Notes under the pieces: model-generated
Database searches by the model: none
Seen by the model: only the letters and a program-made list of their open reading frames with translations
What the model was told of the DNA's origin: nothing
Shown: positions 18,068-26,913 of the stretch, one piece after another
Position numbering within the stretch: position 1 is the first letter of the stretch
Layout of the letters: every line of letters begins with the position of its first letter
DNA from: a virus
Reading direction: 5' to 3' (one strand)
IMG/VR virus record: IMGVR_UViG_3300025759_000064
Coordinates: 46,920 to 110,919 of that record
DNA: 64,000 nucleotides
Position numbers and translations under genes: made by a program

Positions 18068-18336
18068 AGATAGACTTAAGCGAAACAAAACCTGTGTATG
18101 AAATACACATTTGGTATGAAATATCAGAGTGTAAAACCTGCGACCATATGTCGTTAGGTGAGTTTGATGACTTTGAAAAGTTCGACAATAAAGATGAGGC
18201 GATAGAAGCGTATAACAAATTAGATTGTGCATACAAAATACTCATGGAATATGCTGGTGATGATGGTGATTGGTTAATGCAATGTGCACCCAAAAGGCGG
18301 AACATGCTACAAGATAGTGGAGGTGATGATGAATGA
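18064..18336 (+). CDS. acidic hypothetical protein
   Basis: Coupled ORF. Confidence 0.55.
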   Translation: MKIDLSETKPVYEIHIWYEISECKTCDHMSLGEFDDFEKFDNKDEAIEAYNKLDCAYKILMEYAGDDGDWLMQCAPKRRNMLQDSGGDDE

Positions 18337-18539
18337 TTGACACAGACATGGCTGAACAAATACTGCAAGGTGATGACACACACCCTGACATCCCATGTCA
18401 TAACAGCAGGTTACAGGCGTTGGGACTAGAGATGCTCGCAGAAGTCAAGCGGTTGCGATACCACCTTGACTTGATGATAGAAAAGTTCGGTGAAGCATAC
18501 CTTATTGAAACATTGATTGAAAGAGGTGAAGAAGAATGA
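18333..18539 (+). CDS. MIDTD-family (Ead/Ea22-like) small protein
   Basis: MIDTD...LAEVKRLR. Confidence 0.6.
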   Translation: MIDTDMAEQILQGDDTHPDIPCHNSRLQALGLEMLAEVKRLRYHLDLMIEKFGEAYLIETLIERGEEE

Positions 18540-18835
18540 TTGACACAGACACAATTGAAAAATACATACTTGGTGGTGAATGGGAGAACCAATACCCACA
18601 AGTAATAGAATATCTGCTCGCAGAAGTCAAGAGGTTGAAAAAAGAACTAGCGTTTTACACAGACAACTGCACTGTTGTGTGGATGCTCGATGATGTCTTG
18701 TCCGTTGATAACACATTGTCAGATGAACAAGCATCGTGGGTTCTTGAAAGAATGGAACACAAGCACGACGCTTGCTTAGGTATCAGTTGGGACACGATTG
18801 AGTTTTGGATTAGCGAGGTGAAGAAGAATGATTGA
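18536..18835 (+). CDS. MIDTD-family protein with conserved C-terminal phage domain
   Basis: MIDTD...LLAEVKRLK, then W..DDV...LSDEQA..VL...HDA.LGISW. Confidence 0.65.
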   Translation: MIDTDTIEKYILGGEWENQYPQVIEYLLAEVKRLKKELAFYTDNCTVVWMLDDVLSVDNTLSDEQASWVLERMEHKHDACLGISWDTIEFWISEVKKND

Positions 18836-19277
18836 CACAGACAAATACGAAGGACATACAGTAAATCGTAGGGATAAATTGGGAACTTTTGCTGGTACTG
18901 ATATATATGTATGGACTTACTTTGCTCAAGAACTTCCGAGTTGGACGAGTAAAGCGGATTTCCTATTGGTAGAAGACGCACCACTTCTCCTAGCAGAATA
19001 CAAAAAACTACGTCAGTTTGCTAGGCTTAGTAATTACAGTTTTTCTGAATCATTACCTGAATTGATGCAAGCACTTGTAGATGAGCGAGCAGAAGTCAAG
19101 CGGTTGCGTGAAGAACTTGACGAGGTTTATCAAGAGAGAGATAAATACGAAGGTGCTTTGAACATAGCACTTGAACACTTAGGCTATCAAGGTGCAGACC
19201 ACGAATGGTTTTGCAGAGAGAAGTATCAATGCAATGTGTATGGTGATGAACTACTAACAAAGGAGGAAGAAGAATGA
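18828..19277 (+). CDS. MIDTD-family (Ead/Ea22-like) protein
   Basis: MIDTDKYEGHT...DAPLLLAEYKKLR...AEVKRLR. Confidence 0.65.
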   Translation: MIDTDKYEGHTVNRRDKLGTFAGTDIYVWTYFAQELPSWTSKADFLLVEDAPLLLAEYKKLRQFARLSNYSFSESLPELMQALVDERAEVKRLREELDEVYQERDKYEGALNIALEHLGYQGADHEWFCREKYQCNVYGDELLTKEEEE

Positions 19278-19609
19278 TTGACACAGACAAATACGAAAAA
19301 CATACACCTATGTGGTATTTAGATGGTGACTCAGATGGATGGTGGATTCTATCTGACTTCACTACACATAATGATTGCGTAGTAGCGGAAGTGCGGTCAG
19401 AAAACGAAGCCGATGCACAACTCATGGCAGACGCACCTGACTTACTCATAGAAGTCAAGCGGTTGCGTCGTCTATGTAATACATTATTCACCTATGCACA
19501 TAGCATTGAAACCGGACAATCCACCATCGAGAAATCCAATGGAGAGCCTCTAAGCACAATAGATTTTGAGAAAGATATGACTTGGGTGAATTGGGGTGAA
19601 GAAGAATGA
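19274..19609 (+). CDS. MIDTD-family (Ead/Ea22-like) protein
   Basis: MIDTDKYEKHTP.W...ADAQLMADAPDLLIEVKRLR resembles the Ead/Ea22-type A.A.LIA.AP.LL motif. Confidence 0.65.
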   Translation: MIDTDKYEKHTPMWYLDGDSDGWWILSDFTTHNDCVVAEVRSENEADAQLMADAPDLLIEVKRLRRLCNTLFTYAHSIETGQSTIEKSNGEPLSTIDFEKDMTWVNWGEEE

Positions 19610-19757
19610 ATCTAGTTAATGTAATACCTGCTGTATTAGTATTTGGGATATTTATTACTTTGATAGGTCACCTGTTATTTGAATCATTCATATACTCTCG
19701 CACCCGTATGAATTGATGATAGTCGTTGTTTGCGATTATATGAGAGTGATTAGAACA

Positions 19758-19781
19758 TTGACTATATAAACCGAGATTGAA
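19758..19781 (+). promoter_or_regulatory. 24-bp element, copy 5
   Basis: Exact match to consensus. Confidence 0.8.
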
Positions 19782-19797
19782 TGAAAGAGTGGTAACT

Positions 19798-19986
19798 ATG
19801 ACAAATAAGAATTGGATTAACTTTGCTAGATACAGTTCCCCACCAATAGGTAAGGGTAGGATGTATCAGTGTGAACTGAATGAACAAGAGGGTGAATTGA
19901 TATTGAGTATAGACCTTGATGGGACTAGATTTGAAGGTAAACTATACGATATAAGTATGATATTAACGAAGGAGGAAGAAGAATGA
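19798..19986 (+). CDS. hypothetical protein
   Basis: ATG at 19798 after the promoter element; ends KEEEE. Confidence 0.55.
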   Translation: MTNKNWINFARYSSPPIGKGRMYQCELNEQEGELILSIDLDGTRFEGKLYDISMILTKEEEE

Positions 19987-20261
19987 GTTACGGATATGAA
20001 CCTAGTCCTAAACCTACATGGTGGAAGGGACTAACTGAGAAAGAGCAGATAGAGTGGTATAATGGTTACATTAAAGCACTAAAGGATGTAATTACTTACG
20101 GTAATAGTAACATAAACGGTGACCTTGAAGATGCGAGGCGAGAGTTATTTTTACTAACAGGAAAATACGAAAGAAACACCGATAAAGAACCCACAATGTT
20201 AGATGTGATTATGAAAATGAGTAGTAACATTGTGAGATATGAAAAGGGGGAAGAAGAATGA
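19983..20261 (+). CDS. hypothetical protein
   Basis: Coupled ORF. Confidence 0.6.
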   Translation: MSYGYEPSPKPTWWKGLTEKEQIEWYNGYIKALKDVITYGNSNINGDLEDARRELFLLTGKYERNTDKEPTMLDVIMKMSSNIVRYEKGEEE

Positions 20262-21097
20262 GTATGAAGGGTAAGGCAAAAAGAGGGCGAAATTGGGATA
20301 ATTTACAAGAAGAGTTCGTTTATGAACTAGCAGAAACTAGAATGGCAAACGGTGAATTGATGGGTTTACCTGCCATAACAATGTTCTATAATCAAGAGTT
20401 TAATGGTAAATATGATGATTGGATTGAGCGACCAGTTAGTGCTATCGCTTCTAGGTTAAACAAAATACGTGCTAGAAAGAAAGATGAGATGTTAAGAGAA
20501 AAACGTAGACAAGCGTTAGCAAATCAAAGAGAAAATTATCAGCGTGAAATAAATGAGACGATTGAAGAAATAACTCCTAAAAATAAACACATGACACTAG
20601 ATGCACATAAAAGATTACTAAAATCTGAACGTCATGTAAAGGGTGCAGAAACTAAAAGAGAGTTAGCAAAGACTCATCTAAACTTAGGTAAAACTTGGTC
20701 GATGGATGACAAGATATACTTGTATGAAAATTGGGATATTGATGGTATATTTGGTGCAAGTACTATTTCTGACCATGCACAAGAGGTAGCGGATACTCTC
20801 AGTAGGACTCTTGATTCTTGTCGCACTAAACATTACGTTTTATCGAGAGATAAAAAGTTCTTGAAGAGGTACGAGGAAATGTATGGTATTCGTAAGGATG
20901 GTGTATTTAAGAAATACATGGAAGAGAAAAATGAAGTAAAAACTCTTGAAGATATTGTTGAATACCGAGGCTTCACCTCACTCTTCTTCCGTCTGTATAC
21001 ATGGTCTAAGAATAGGAAAGACCGTAAGAGGATGAAGAAAGAACTAAAGAGACAGGCTCAAGAAAAATACAGAAGATATGTGGAGGACTTAGAATGA
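20258..21097 (+). CDS. putative DNA-binding protein with two Myb/SANT-like HTH repeats
   Basis: RNWDNLQE...ERPVSAIASRL and KTWSMDDK...VADTLSRTLDSCRTK. Confidence 0.55.
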   Translation: MSMKGKAKRGRNWDNLQEEFVYELAETRMANGELMGLPAITMFYNQEFNGKYDDWIERPVSAIASRLNKIRARKKDEMLREKRRQALANQRENYQREINETIEEITPKNKHMTLDAHKRLLKSERHVKGAETKRELAKTHLNLGKTWSMDDKIYLYENWDIDGIFGASTISDHAQEVADTLSRTLDSCRTKHYVLSRDKKFLKRYEEMYGIRKDGVFKKYMEEKNEVKTLEDIVEYRGFTSLFFRLYTWSKNRKDRKRMKKELKRQAQEKYRRYVEDLE

Positions 21098-21321
21098 TTG
21101 ACACAGACACACTCATTCAAGCATTCAAACGCGGTGTAGAAGATGGTCTTATAGAACAAGGATTGGTTCATGCTCATGAATATTCACAGTTTGCTTTAAT
21201 AGCGGATGAATTAGGTGATGGGAGTGAGTATCTTTGGAAAAACTACCAAGATGGCTATGAGTTTGGTGCGTATCTTCACCACGTTATGTCTGTTGCGGAT
21301 GTAGAGGTGATGAGAGAATGA
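21094..21321 (+). CDS. MIDTD-start small protein
   Basis: ATGATTGACACAGACA start shared with the 18.3-19.6 kb genes. Confidence 0.55.
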   Translation: MIDTDTLIQAFKRGVEDGLIEQGLVHAHEYSQFALIADELGDGSEYLWKNYQDGYEFGAYLHHVMSVADVEVMRE

Positions 21322-21378
21322 AGATGCCTGAGATGTATTACAATCAGGGAAGTATATACTATCCCCGCAATAGAACTG

Positions 21379-21402
21379 TTGACTATATAAACCGAGATTG
21401 AA
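21379..21402 (+). promoter_or_regulatory. 24-bp element, copy 6
   Basis: Exact match to consensus. Confidence 0.8.
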
Positions 21403-21420
21403 TAAAGGAGAGAACTGAAA

Positions 21421-23847
21421 ATGACGATGACGAAAGATGATGATACCAAAGGTATGAGTGTAGAAGAACTGTTCGCAGACTTCTTCAATTCAGCCAAAGA
21501 AACAGATGCAAAGAAAGTGAAAACCAGTAGCGTACAGTTTAGTACAGTTAGCAAAGAGAGAAGAATACTATGTAACTCTCAGAAAGCAAGTGATATGGTA
21601 AAGTATGGGATACACTATAATTCAGGTGAGGTTAGATGGAAGCCACCTAAGACAGAACTAATATTACTTACAGATACATACGAGGTAGTTCAGTCTGCTT
21701 TCGATAGACTACTACCTGAGTGTGAGGATGGTAAGACTGCTTTCCTTCGCACATGTCCTCAGGAGGCTAGACATGGTGTCTTAGAATCCTTGAGTGTTAC
21801 ACAAGAGACACTAGAAGATTCTTGGAAAAAGTTAGTTGAAACCATGGATGAGCATGACCCTAATGGTAGCCTAATCCTACAACCATTCATCAATGCCACA
21901 TCTAGTTGTGTGCTTGCACCTCAACAGTTCGCTGCTGTTGCTGAGGGTCACGATGGTATCACGGCAGGTATCAATGAAGAGACTGGAAGAATGTTATACT
22001 TCGCACTGAATCCTGAACAAACATATCTATCAAACGACATACACATGGTCAATCCTAATTGTAAGTTTGATTCATCCACTAAGACAACTAACTATGAGTT
22101 AGAGTTCGTCTATCAAAGAGATGAGGACTTTAAGAGAAAAATGGGTGGTGGTACTGAACCTTTCATTACACAGATACGTGGCTCACCCCCTAATCCACCT
22201 AGAGAATTACCTTTTACCTACATAGATGAAAACGGTGTTGAGCGTGTTGCTAACATAGATGGTAGTGCTGGCTCAACTGGGAGATGCGAAGCCAAAGAAG
22301 TATGGACTGCATCAGGTTTGGAAGAAGTGGCGTGGTTAGAAGCCAACATCACAAGAGACTTATGCCCTGATGGGTTTGTTATATCTCATCCAACTGGCTC
22401 TCTTATGTCACACATTTGTGCTCATGCAAGACAGCATGGTATACCATACATAGTAGGTGAAGTAAACGTGGGTGATAGGTTTACAGAAGGTTCACAAACA
22501 TGGCTTGCACTTGACCCTAATTGGGATATCGTACCTCAACCTTACAACCCATGTGTACCTGAATACATTGAAGCATTCAAGGCTGGACTACTACGTTCAC
22601 AGACACACTGGCAAAGACAACAGGGTTGGTTTGCTCACTTCTTCCACCAATGGGTTGGTCTAAACTACAATGGTATAGAGACTGCTTACTTAGCAGGTGG
22701 CTTCGTTGGTTGGATGGTTAAGGCTATCCTTGCCCTCTCACTAGGTGAGATGAGATATTCTCAAGGTAACAAAAAGAATATTTGTGTAGACCTTTGGCCT
22801 ACCTTAACAGCAATTATGGGTGAAACTGAATGGGAAGAGTTGTCAGGAGAGAAGCACGCTGGTACTACAAGACAGCATTACTATGCTTTACTTGAGCAAC
22901 TAAACTTAGATACAGTTGAAATGGAAATGGCTTTGAGATGGTGTAAGAAACACTTCTCCACTGGTTGGGGCACACACACAAGTTTTGGTGGTGCTAACTG
23001 GGGTGCATGTGCATCAAGAGGGGCTGATGTTTGTAAGAGCGTGAATGCATTCTTAGCAGAGCCAAATCAAGAAACACTTAACGATTTGATAGGTGAAGTG
23101 AATCTAGCAAAGAACCTAGAACACAATGGAGGCTTCTTGTATAATAAGTTCCTAAGTAGAAAAGCCTTTGATTATAGTACAATGCATACAGATAGTGCAG
23201 GTAATCAGAAGGGACTATTCTCTCATTCACCTGAGGCTTTATCATACATGTTTAGAACCTATGAGTTAGCAAGAGAGTTCCTTGATGGTGACGCAAACAA
23301 AGGTAACAAAGCACCCACTAATGATTGGGTAGAAATATTTGGTTTCCTAAACGGTAAAGGTGCATCCTACTTCCGTCAACATTTCATCGCTAGTGACTTA
23401 GATGTACCTGAGTCATTGAGAAATGCAGCAATAGCGTGTGGACCTAAACTACTACACTACAATAACAAATACTCAACTGAGGAAAGTTATGTTCCATGTG
23501 GTATCAGTACATGTGAATTATGTATCAAGAATGATGTGTTGGTTGTCAATCTAAAGTATGGTAATGTAGGCTCTCAGTTATTGTCTACTACTTACCCTGA
23601 GGTGTTCATGGCTGGTGGTAAAGAAGTATCATCAGTCGATAGTTATGCAGTTGCATCTTTACTTAGAGAGAAGAAGTATACGGATGTTACACCAAAGATG
23701 TGGATAGATGGGTGGAATGGTTTGAATAAACTAGATGCCGCTTATGCCCTGTTGTCTGACCTGATGAGTAAGTTCCTGAGTAACCAAATGGCTGACAACA
23801 ACCAGTGGACTGAGGAAGTATTAAAATTATTGAAGGAGGAAAAGTGA
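21421..23847 (+). CDS. PEP-utiliser/dikinase-like protein (ATP-grasp-like N-terminus, phospho-His swivel domain, unknown helical C-terminus)
   Basis: TGSLMSHICAHARQHGIPYIVG matches the PEP-utilising mobile domain (G..tSH.ai.ARe.GIP); FLRTCP, LILQPFI and ELEF...FITQIR resemble PPDK_N-type ATP-grasp motifs. Confidence 0.65.
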   Translation: MTMTKDDDTKGMSVEELFADFFNSAKETDAKKVKTSSVQFSTVSKERRILCNSQKASDMVKYGIHYNSGEVRWKPPKTELILLTDTYEVVQSAFDRLLPECEDGKTAFLRTCPQEARHGVLESLSVTQETLEDSWKKLVETMDEHDPNGSLILQPFINATSSCVLAPQQFAAVAEGHDGITAGINEETGRMLYFALNPEQTYLSNDIHMVNPNCKFDSSTKTTNYELEFVYQRDEDFKRKMGGGTEPFITQIRGSPPNPPRELPFTYIDENGVERVANIDGSAGSTGRCEAKEVWTASGLEEVAWLEANITRDLCPDGFVISHPTGSLMSHICAHARQHGIPYIVGEVNVGDRFTEGSQTWLALDPNWDIVPQPYNPCVPEYIEAFKAGLLRSQTHWQRQQGWFAHFFHQWVGLNYNGIETAYLAGGFVGWMVKAILALSLGEMRYSQGNKKNICVDLWPTLTAIMGETEWEELSGEKHAGTTRQHYYALLEQLNLDTVEMEMALRWCKKHFSTGWGTHTSFGGANWGACASRGADVCKSVNAFLAEPNQETLNDLIGEVNLAKNLEHNGGFLYNKFLSRKAFDYSTMHTDSAGNQKGLFSHSPEALSYMFRTYELAREFLDGDANKGNKAPTNDWVEIFGFLNGKGASYFRQHFIASDLDVPESLRNAAIACGPKLLHYNNKYSTEESYVPCGISTCELCIKNDVLVVNLKYGNVGSQLLSTTYPEVFMAGGKEVSSVDSYAVASLLREKKYTDVTPKMWIDGWNGLNKLDAAYALLSDLMSKFLSNQMADNNQWTEEVLKLLKEEK

Positions 23848-25092
23848 ATGGGTAGTAAAGATGGATGTCATACAGGTAATCCCCTTGTCTTTGAGGCAAA
23901 GGGTGTCAAAGTATATGCTGGTGGAACAAATAGAAATGGTGGCTGGCACAAGATGTCACCTGTACCTGACTTGGCTCTAGGGCCAATCGGTGTAATACAC
24001 AGTGCAAGAACTATTGATGTATTACCGGAAGGTTGGAAGTCATCGTCTACATTAGTGGGTGGTGATACACCTATTGTAATGGAGATTGATTGGCCTGATT
24101 ACAGTATTCCTAGTAACTTAGGCCCATCGTGGTGGAGAGCATTGGTTGAGGATATCGAGACTAAAAACATCAAATCAATATCTACTCAGTGTATGGGTGG
24201 TCATGGTAGAACTGGTGTACAGTTGGCTATTCTTGCACACTTGATGATACCAAAAGCAAAGCATGAATGGAAGAACGCATACGACCTTATAAAGTGGGTT
24301 CGTGGTAACTTTTGTGAACATGCGGTAGAAGCAAAATCACAGCAAACATACATCGCAGATGTGTGTGGTATACCTGAGGGTGACTCTGCAATTGTAGTCA
24401 CGCAGCCACAATGGAGTAACTTCGATTACACTGCTGATAATCTTCTAACAGAAGATGAGTTGAGAGCAGAGCAAGTAAAGATTGAGAGAGAAGAAAAGAA
24501 AGCAAAGGCTGCTGCTAAGAAAGCGAAGGCTGCTAAGAAAGGTAAGAAAGGTAAGGGCAATAATCCTAAGAAACATACCCTTGAAGATTTCCTTGCTGAT
24601 GATGATGAGCGTGTACCTTTTGGTAGTGATAACAAAGTGAGTTCTCCTATTGAAAAGGGTTGGACTATCGTTGAGTGTTGTGATTGCCACCATAACGAAT
24701 GGCGCAAAGCAGATAGAAATACGTTTACTACACCTTGTAGTTCATGTGGTTTTGACGGAGGCTTTGTACAAGTTGATAGAGAGTTCCTCGATGGTAATAA
24801 GACTAGACTTTGCTTAGTTACTGATGAAATGTATCACCAAATAGAAATGTACGATGAACAAGTTTCATACGTAGGAGAAGCAATACGTAGAGGTATGAGT
24901 GTTAGAAGAAATCACGGAGGTATTGCTACTATTAGAATAGGTAACAAATACATACCTATCCACTTATTAAAAAGAGACGGAGATGACATCGTTTCTATGA
25001 AAAAGACCACACAAAAAATAGTCGAATCCCGTAGTGCCATACAAGGTATGGAGTTTATGGGAAGGCAAGAAAGAGAAATACTGGAGGAATAA
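23848..25092 (+). CDS. Cys-based (PTP/dual-specificity) phosphatase with Lys-rich linker and Zn-ribbon
   Basis: WPD loop (IDWPDYSIP), CX5R motif QCMGGHGRTG, Q-loop AVEAKSQQTYI. Confidence 0.85.
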   Translation: MGSKDGCHTGNPLVFEAKGVKVYAGGTNRNGGWHKMSPVPDLALGPIGVIHSARTIDVLPEGWKSSSTLVGGDTPIVMEIDWPDYSIPSNLGPSWWRALVEDIETKNIKSISTQCMGGHGRTGVQLAILAHLMIPKAKHEWKNAYDLIKWVRGNFCEHAVEAKSQQTYIADVCGIPEGDSAIVVTQPQWSNFDYTADNLLTEDELRAEQVKIEREEKKAKAAAKKAKAAKKGKKGKGNNPKKHTLEDFLADDDERVPFGSDNKVSSPIEKGWTIVECCDCHHNEWRKADRNTFTTPCSSCGFDGGFVQVDREFLDGNKTRLCLVTDEMYHQIEMYDEQVSYVGEAIRRGMSVRRNHGGIATIRIGNKYIPIHLLKRDGDDIVSMKKTTQKIVESRSAIQGMEFMGRQEREILEE

Positions 25093-25094
25093 AT

Positions 25095-25490
25095 ATGGAA
25101 GAAAGATTACAGGTAAAATGCAATTATGATAATGGTTTGATACACGTTCAAGGTGTATCGAAAACGGTGAATCAAGGAAGAGAGTATGGTTTTGCGACCA
25201 AGATGCGTACAACAACTGAGGTTAGTATGTGGTTAAAAGAACAACCGCCAGTGCTTAAGTCAGCCGCTTCTAACACTCTTGCTTACACACCGTTTCAAAT
25301 CATCAGATACAGTAACAAAGTACCGCAGTTATTCATACCCGGCACGCCCGCTAATCACCCAAACGGTGCTGTATTAAACTTACACCCGCTATCTAACGGT
25401 GTTAAACAACTGCTTTCTTTTGCGGAAAAAGCAGGTTTTATTGTAGATTCAGATGAGTTACCATTCACAACAGACGAGGTGAAAGAATGA
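25095..25490 (+). CDS. hypothetical protein
   Basis: ORF preceded by a GGAGG RBS. Confidence 0.6.
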   Translation: MEERLQVKCNYDNGLIHVQGVSKTVNQGREYGFATKMRTTTEVSMWLKEQPPVLKSAASNTLAYTPFQIIRYSNKVPQLFIPGTPANHPNGAVLNLHPLSNGVKQLLSFAEKAGFIVDSDELPFTTDEVKE

Positions 25491-25693
25491 GTATCATAGA
25501 ATTATCTGTGCTTACTGGAACAGCATCTATTGACTTGAGAAATGTAACTGCTATTGTTCGTTCAGACGACTTTGAAGAAACATGGAATCTTAATGTACAC
25601 ATGAAAAGTGGTACTATCTTTATGTGTGCTGAATATACTGTTGAGGATTATGAAAACTTAGTTAGACTATGGACTGGGGTTGTGTCATCGTGA
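25487..25693 (+). CDS. small beta-rich hypothetical protein
   Basis: Coupled ORF. Confidence 0.55.
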   Translation: MSIIELSVLTGTASIDLRNVTAIVRSDDFEETWNLNVHMKSGTIFMCAEYTVEDYENLVRLWTGVVSS

Positions 25694-26268
25694 GTAAAAC
25701 ACCATTCCCTAAAGGTCACGTACTGAATGATATTTGGGCATCTCTTAGATTAGTAGCCCAAGAATTGAACATAGAACACCCTAATACTATGTTTGCTATA
25801 CCTGAGCGTACCGCTAAGATGATTGCTGATAGAAGAGAGATACAGGCATCTTTACGCATACAAAATGATGATAGTCTCGCTCACCATGTAGGTTGGGGGT
25901 TACAAACTAATGTCGTAGATTCTATATGTATGGTGTCTCTTTGGAATGAATTAGCAGAAATATACGGAATACCTGCTGGCTTCTTCTCAGCATTAGAGTA
26001 TTCAATTAGAGATGACCCCGCTTTCATGGATGTGAGAATAGTAGGTTTAAGTCCATTTTTAATAGATGCAAACGGTTCACCTACTATTGATTTGGAGAAA
26101 GCGACACATTCTACACCCGCACTTATGCGTTTAGCATGGGATGGTGCATTATCAGGTGATTACTGGGATGTGGAGAGTATAATGCACTTACCTAAGACAG
26201 TGTATCATAATGACGACAGGGCGCTAGAAGCAGCAGAAAGAGTAGGGGTAGAGGTCGAGTTCGCTTAG
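25669..26268 (+). CDS. hypothetical protein
   Basis: ORF; likely GTG start at 25690. Confidence 0.6.
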   Translation: MDWGCVIVSKTPFPKGHVLNDIWASLRLVAQELNIEHPNTMFAIPERTAKMIADRREIQASLRIQNDDSLAHHVGWGLQTNVVDSICMVSLWNELAEIYGIPAGFFSALEYSIRDDPAFMDVRIVGLSPFLIDANGSPTIDLEKATHSTPALMRLAWDGALSGDYWDVESIMHLPKTVYHNDDRALEAAERVGVEVEFA

Positions 26269-26275
26269 AAGAACA

Positions 26276-26299
26276 TTGACTATATAAACCGAGATTGAA
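26276..26299 (+). promoter_or_regulatory. 24-bp element, copy 7
   Basis: Exact match to consensus. Confidence 0.8.
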
Positions 26300-26316
26300 A
26301 AAGGAAGTGAGACAAA

Positions 26317-26913
26317 ATGAAAATGAAAGTATTTGGAAAAGAAAGAGAAGTGGATGGATATGAAAGAAGTCCTATAAATATGAAGAGTAATTACTTTTTA
26401 GGTAGTTCGGGAAGTAATGCCCCATTACTGCTCAGTGATGGTACTAGCCTAAATCGAGATGGTAAATATGGCTTTTTAGCCTTAAAAGACAGAGAATCAG
26501 GAGACATATTCCTCTTAGATATGTATGGGTATGATGGTTATAATCACACTTATGAATTACAATCACAAGTTCAACACGTAGATACGTCAACTAGGAAAAG
26601 AAGTACAAGCGTGGTACTCAAAGCATATGGTATGAATGATGCGTTTAAGTGTCTAAAAGAAGTTTATAGAAAAGACCCTAAAGACTATTCATTGGTTATA
26701 TTAGAGGCAAAAAGTTATGATAGCCAATGGCTGTATTATGGTGGTAAGATAGGAAATACTAGAGCGAATTATGTGGGTAAAGGTCCGTTGGAACGCAACG
26801 ACATGGCAAAGATAAAACATGTTCATGTGCTTATAGATTCGTTAGATAAATCGATAGTATCAGGTAAAGCATCAATGATGAAATTAAAAGAATTAGTAGT
26901 GGAGGAAATATAA
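26317..26913 (+). CDS. hypothetical protein
   Basis: ORF after the promoter element. Confidence 0.7.
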   Translation: MKMKVFGKEREVDGYERSPINMKSNYFLGSSGSNAPLLLSDGTSLNRDGKYGFLALKDRESGDIFLLDMYGYDGYNHTYELQSQVQHVDTSTRKRSTSVVLKAYGMNDAFKCLKEVYRKDPKDYSLVILEAKSYDSQWLYYGGKIGNTRANYVGKGPLERNDMAKIKHVHVLIDSLDKSIVSGKASMMKLKELVVEEI

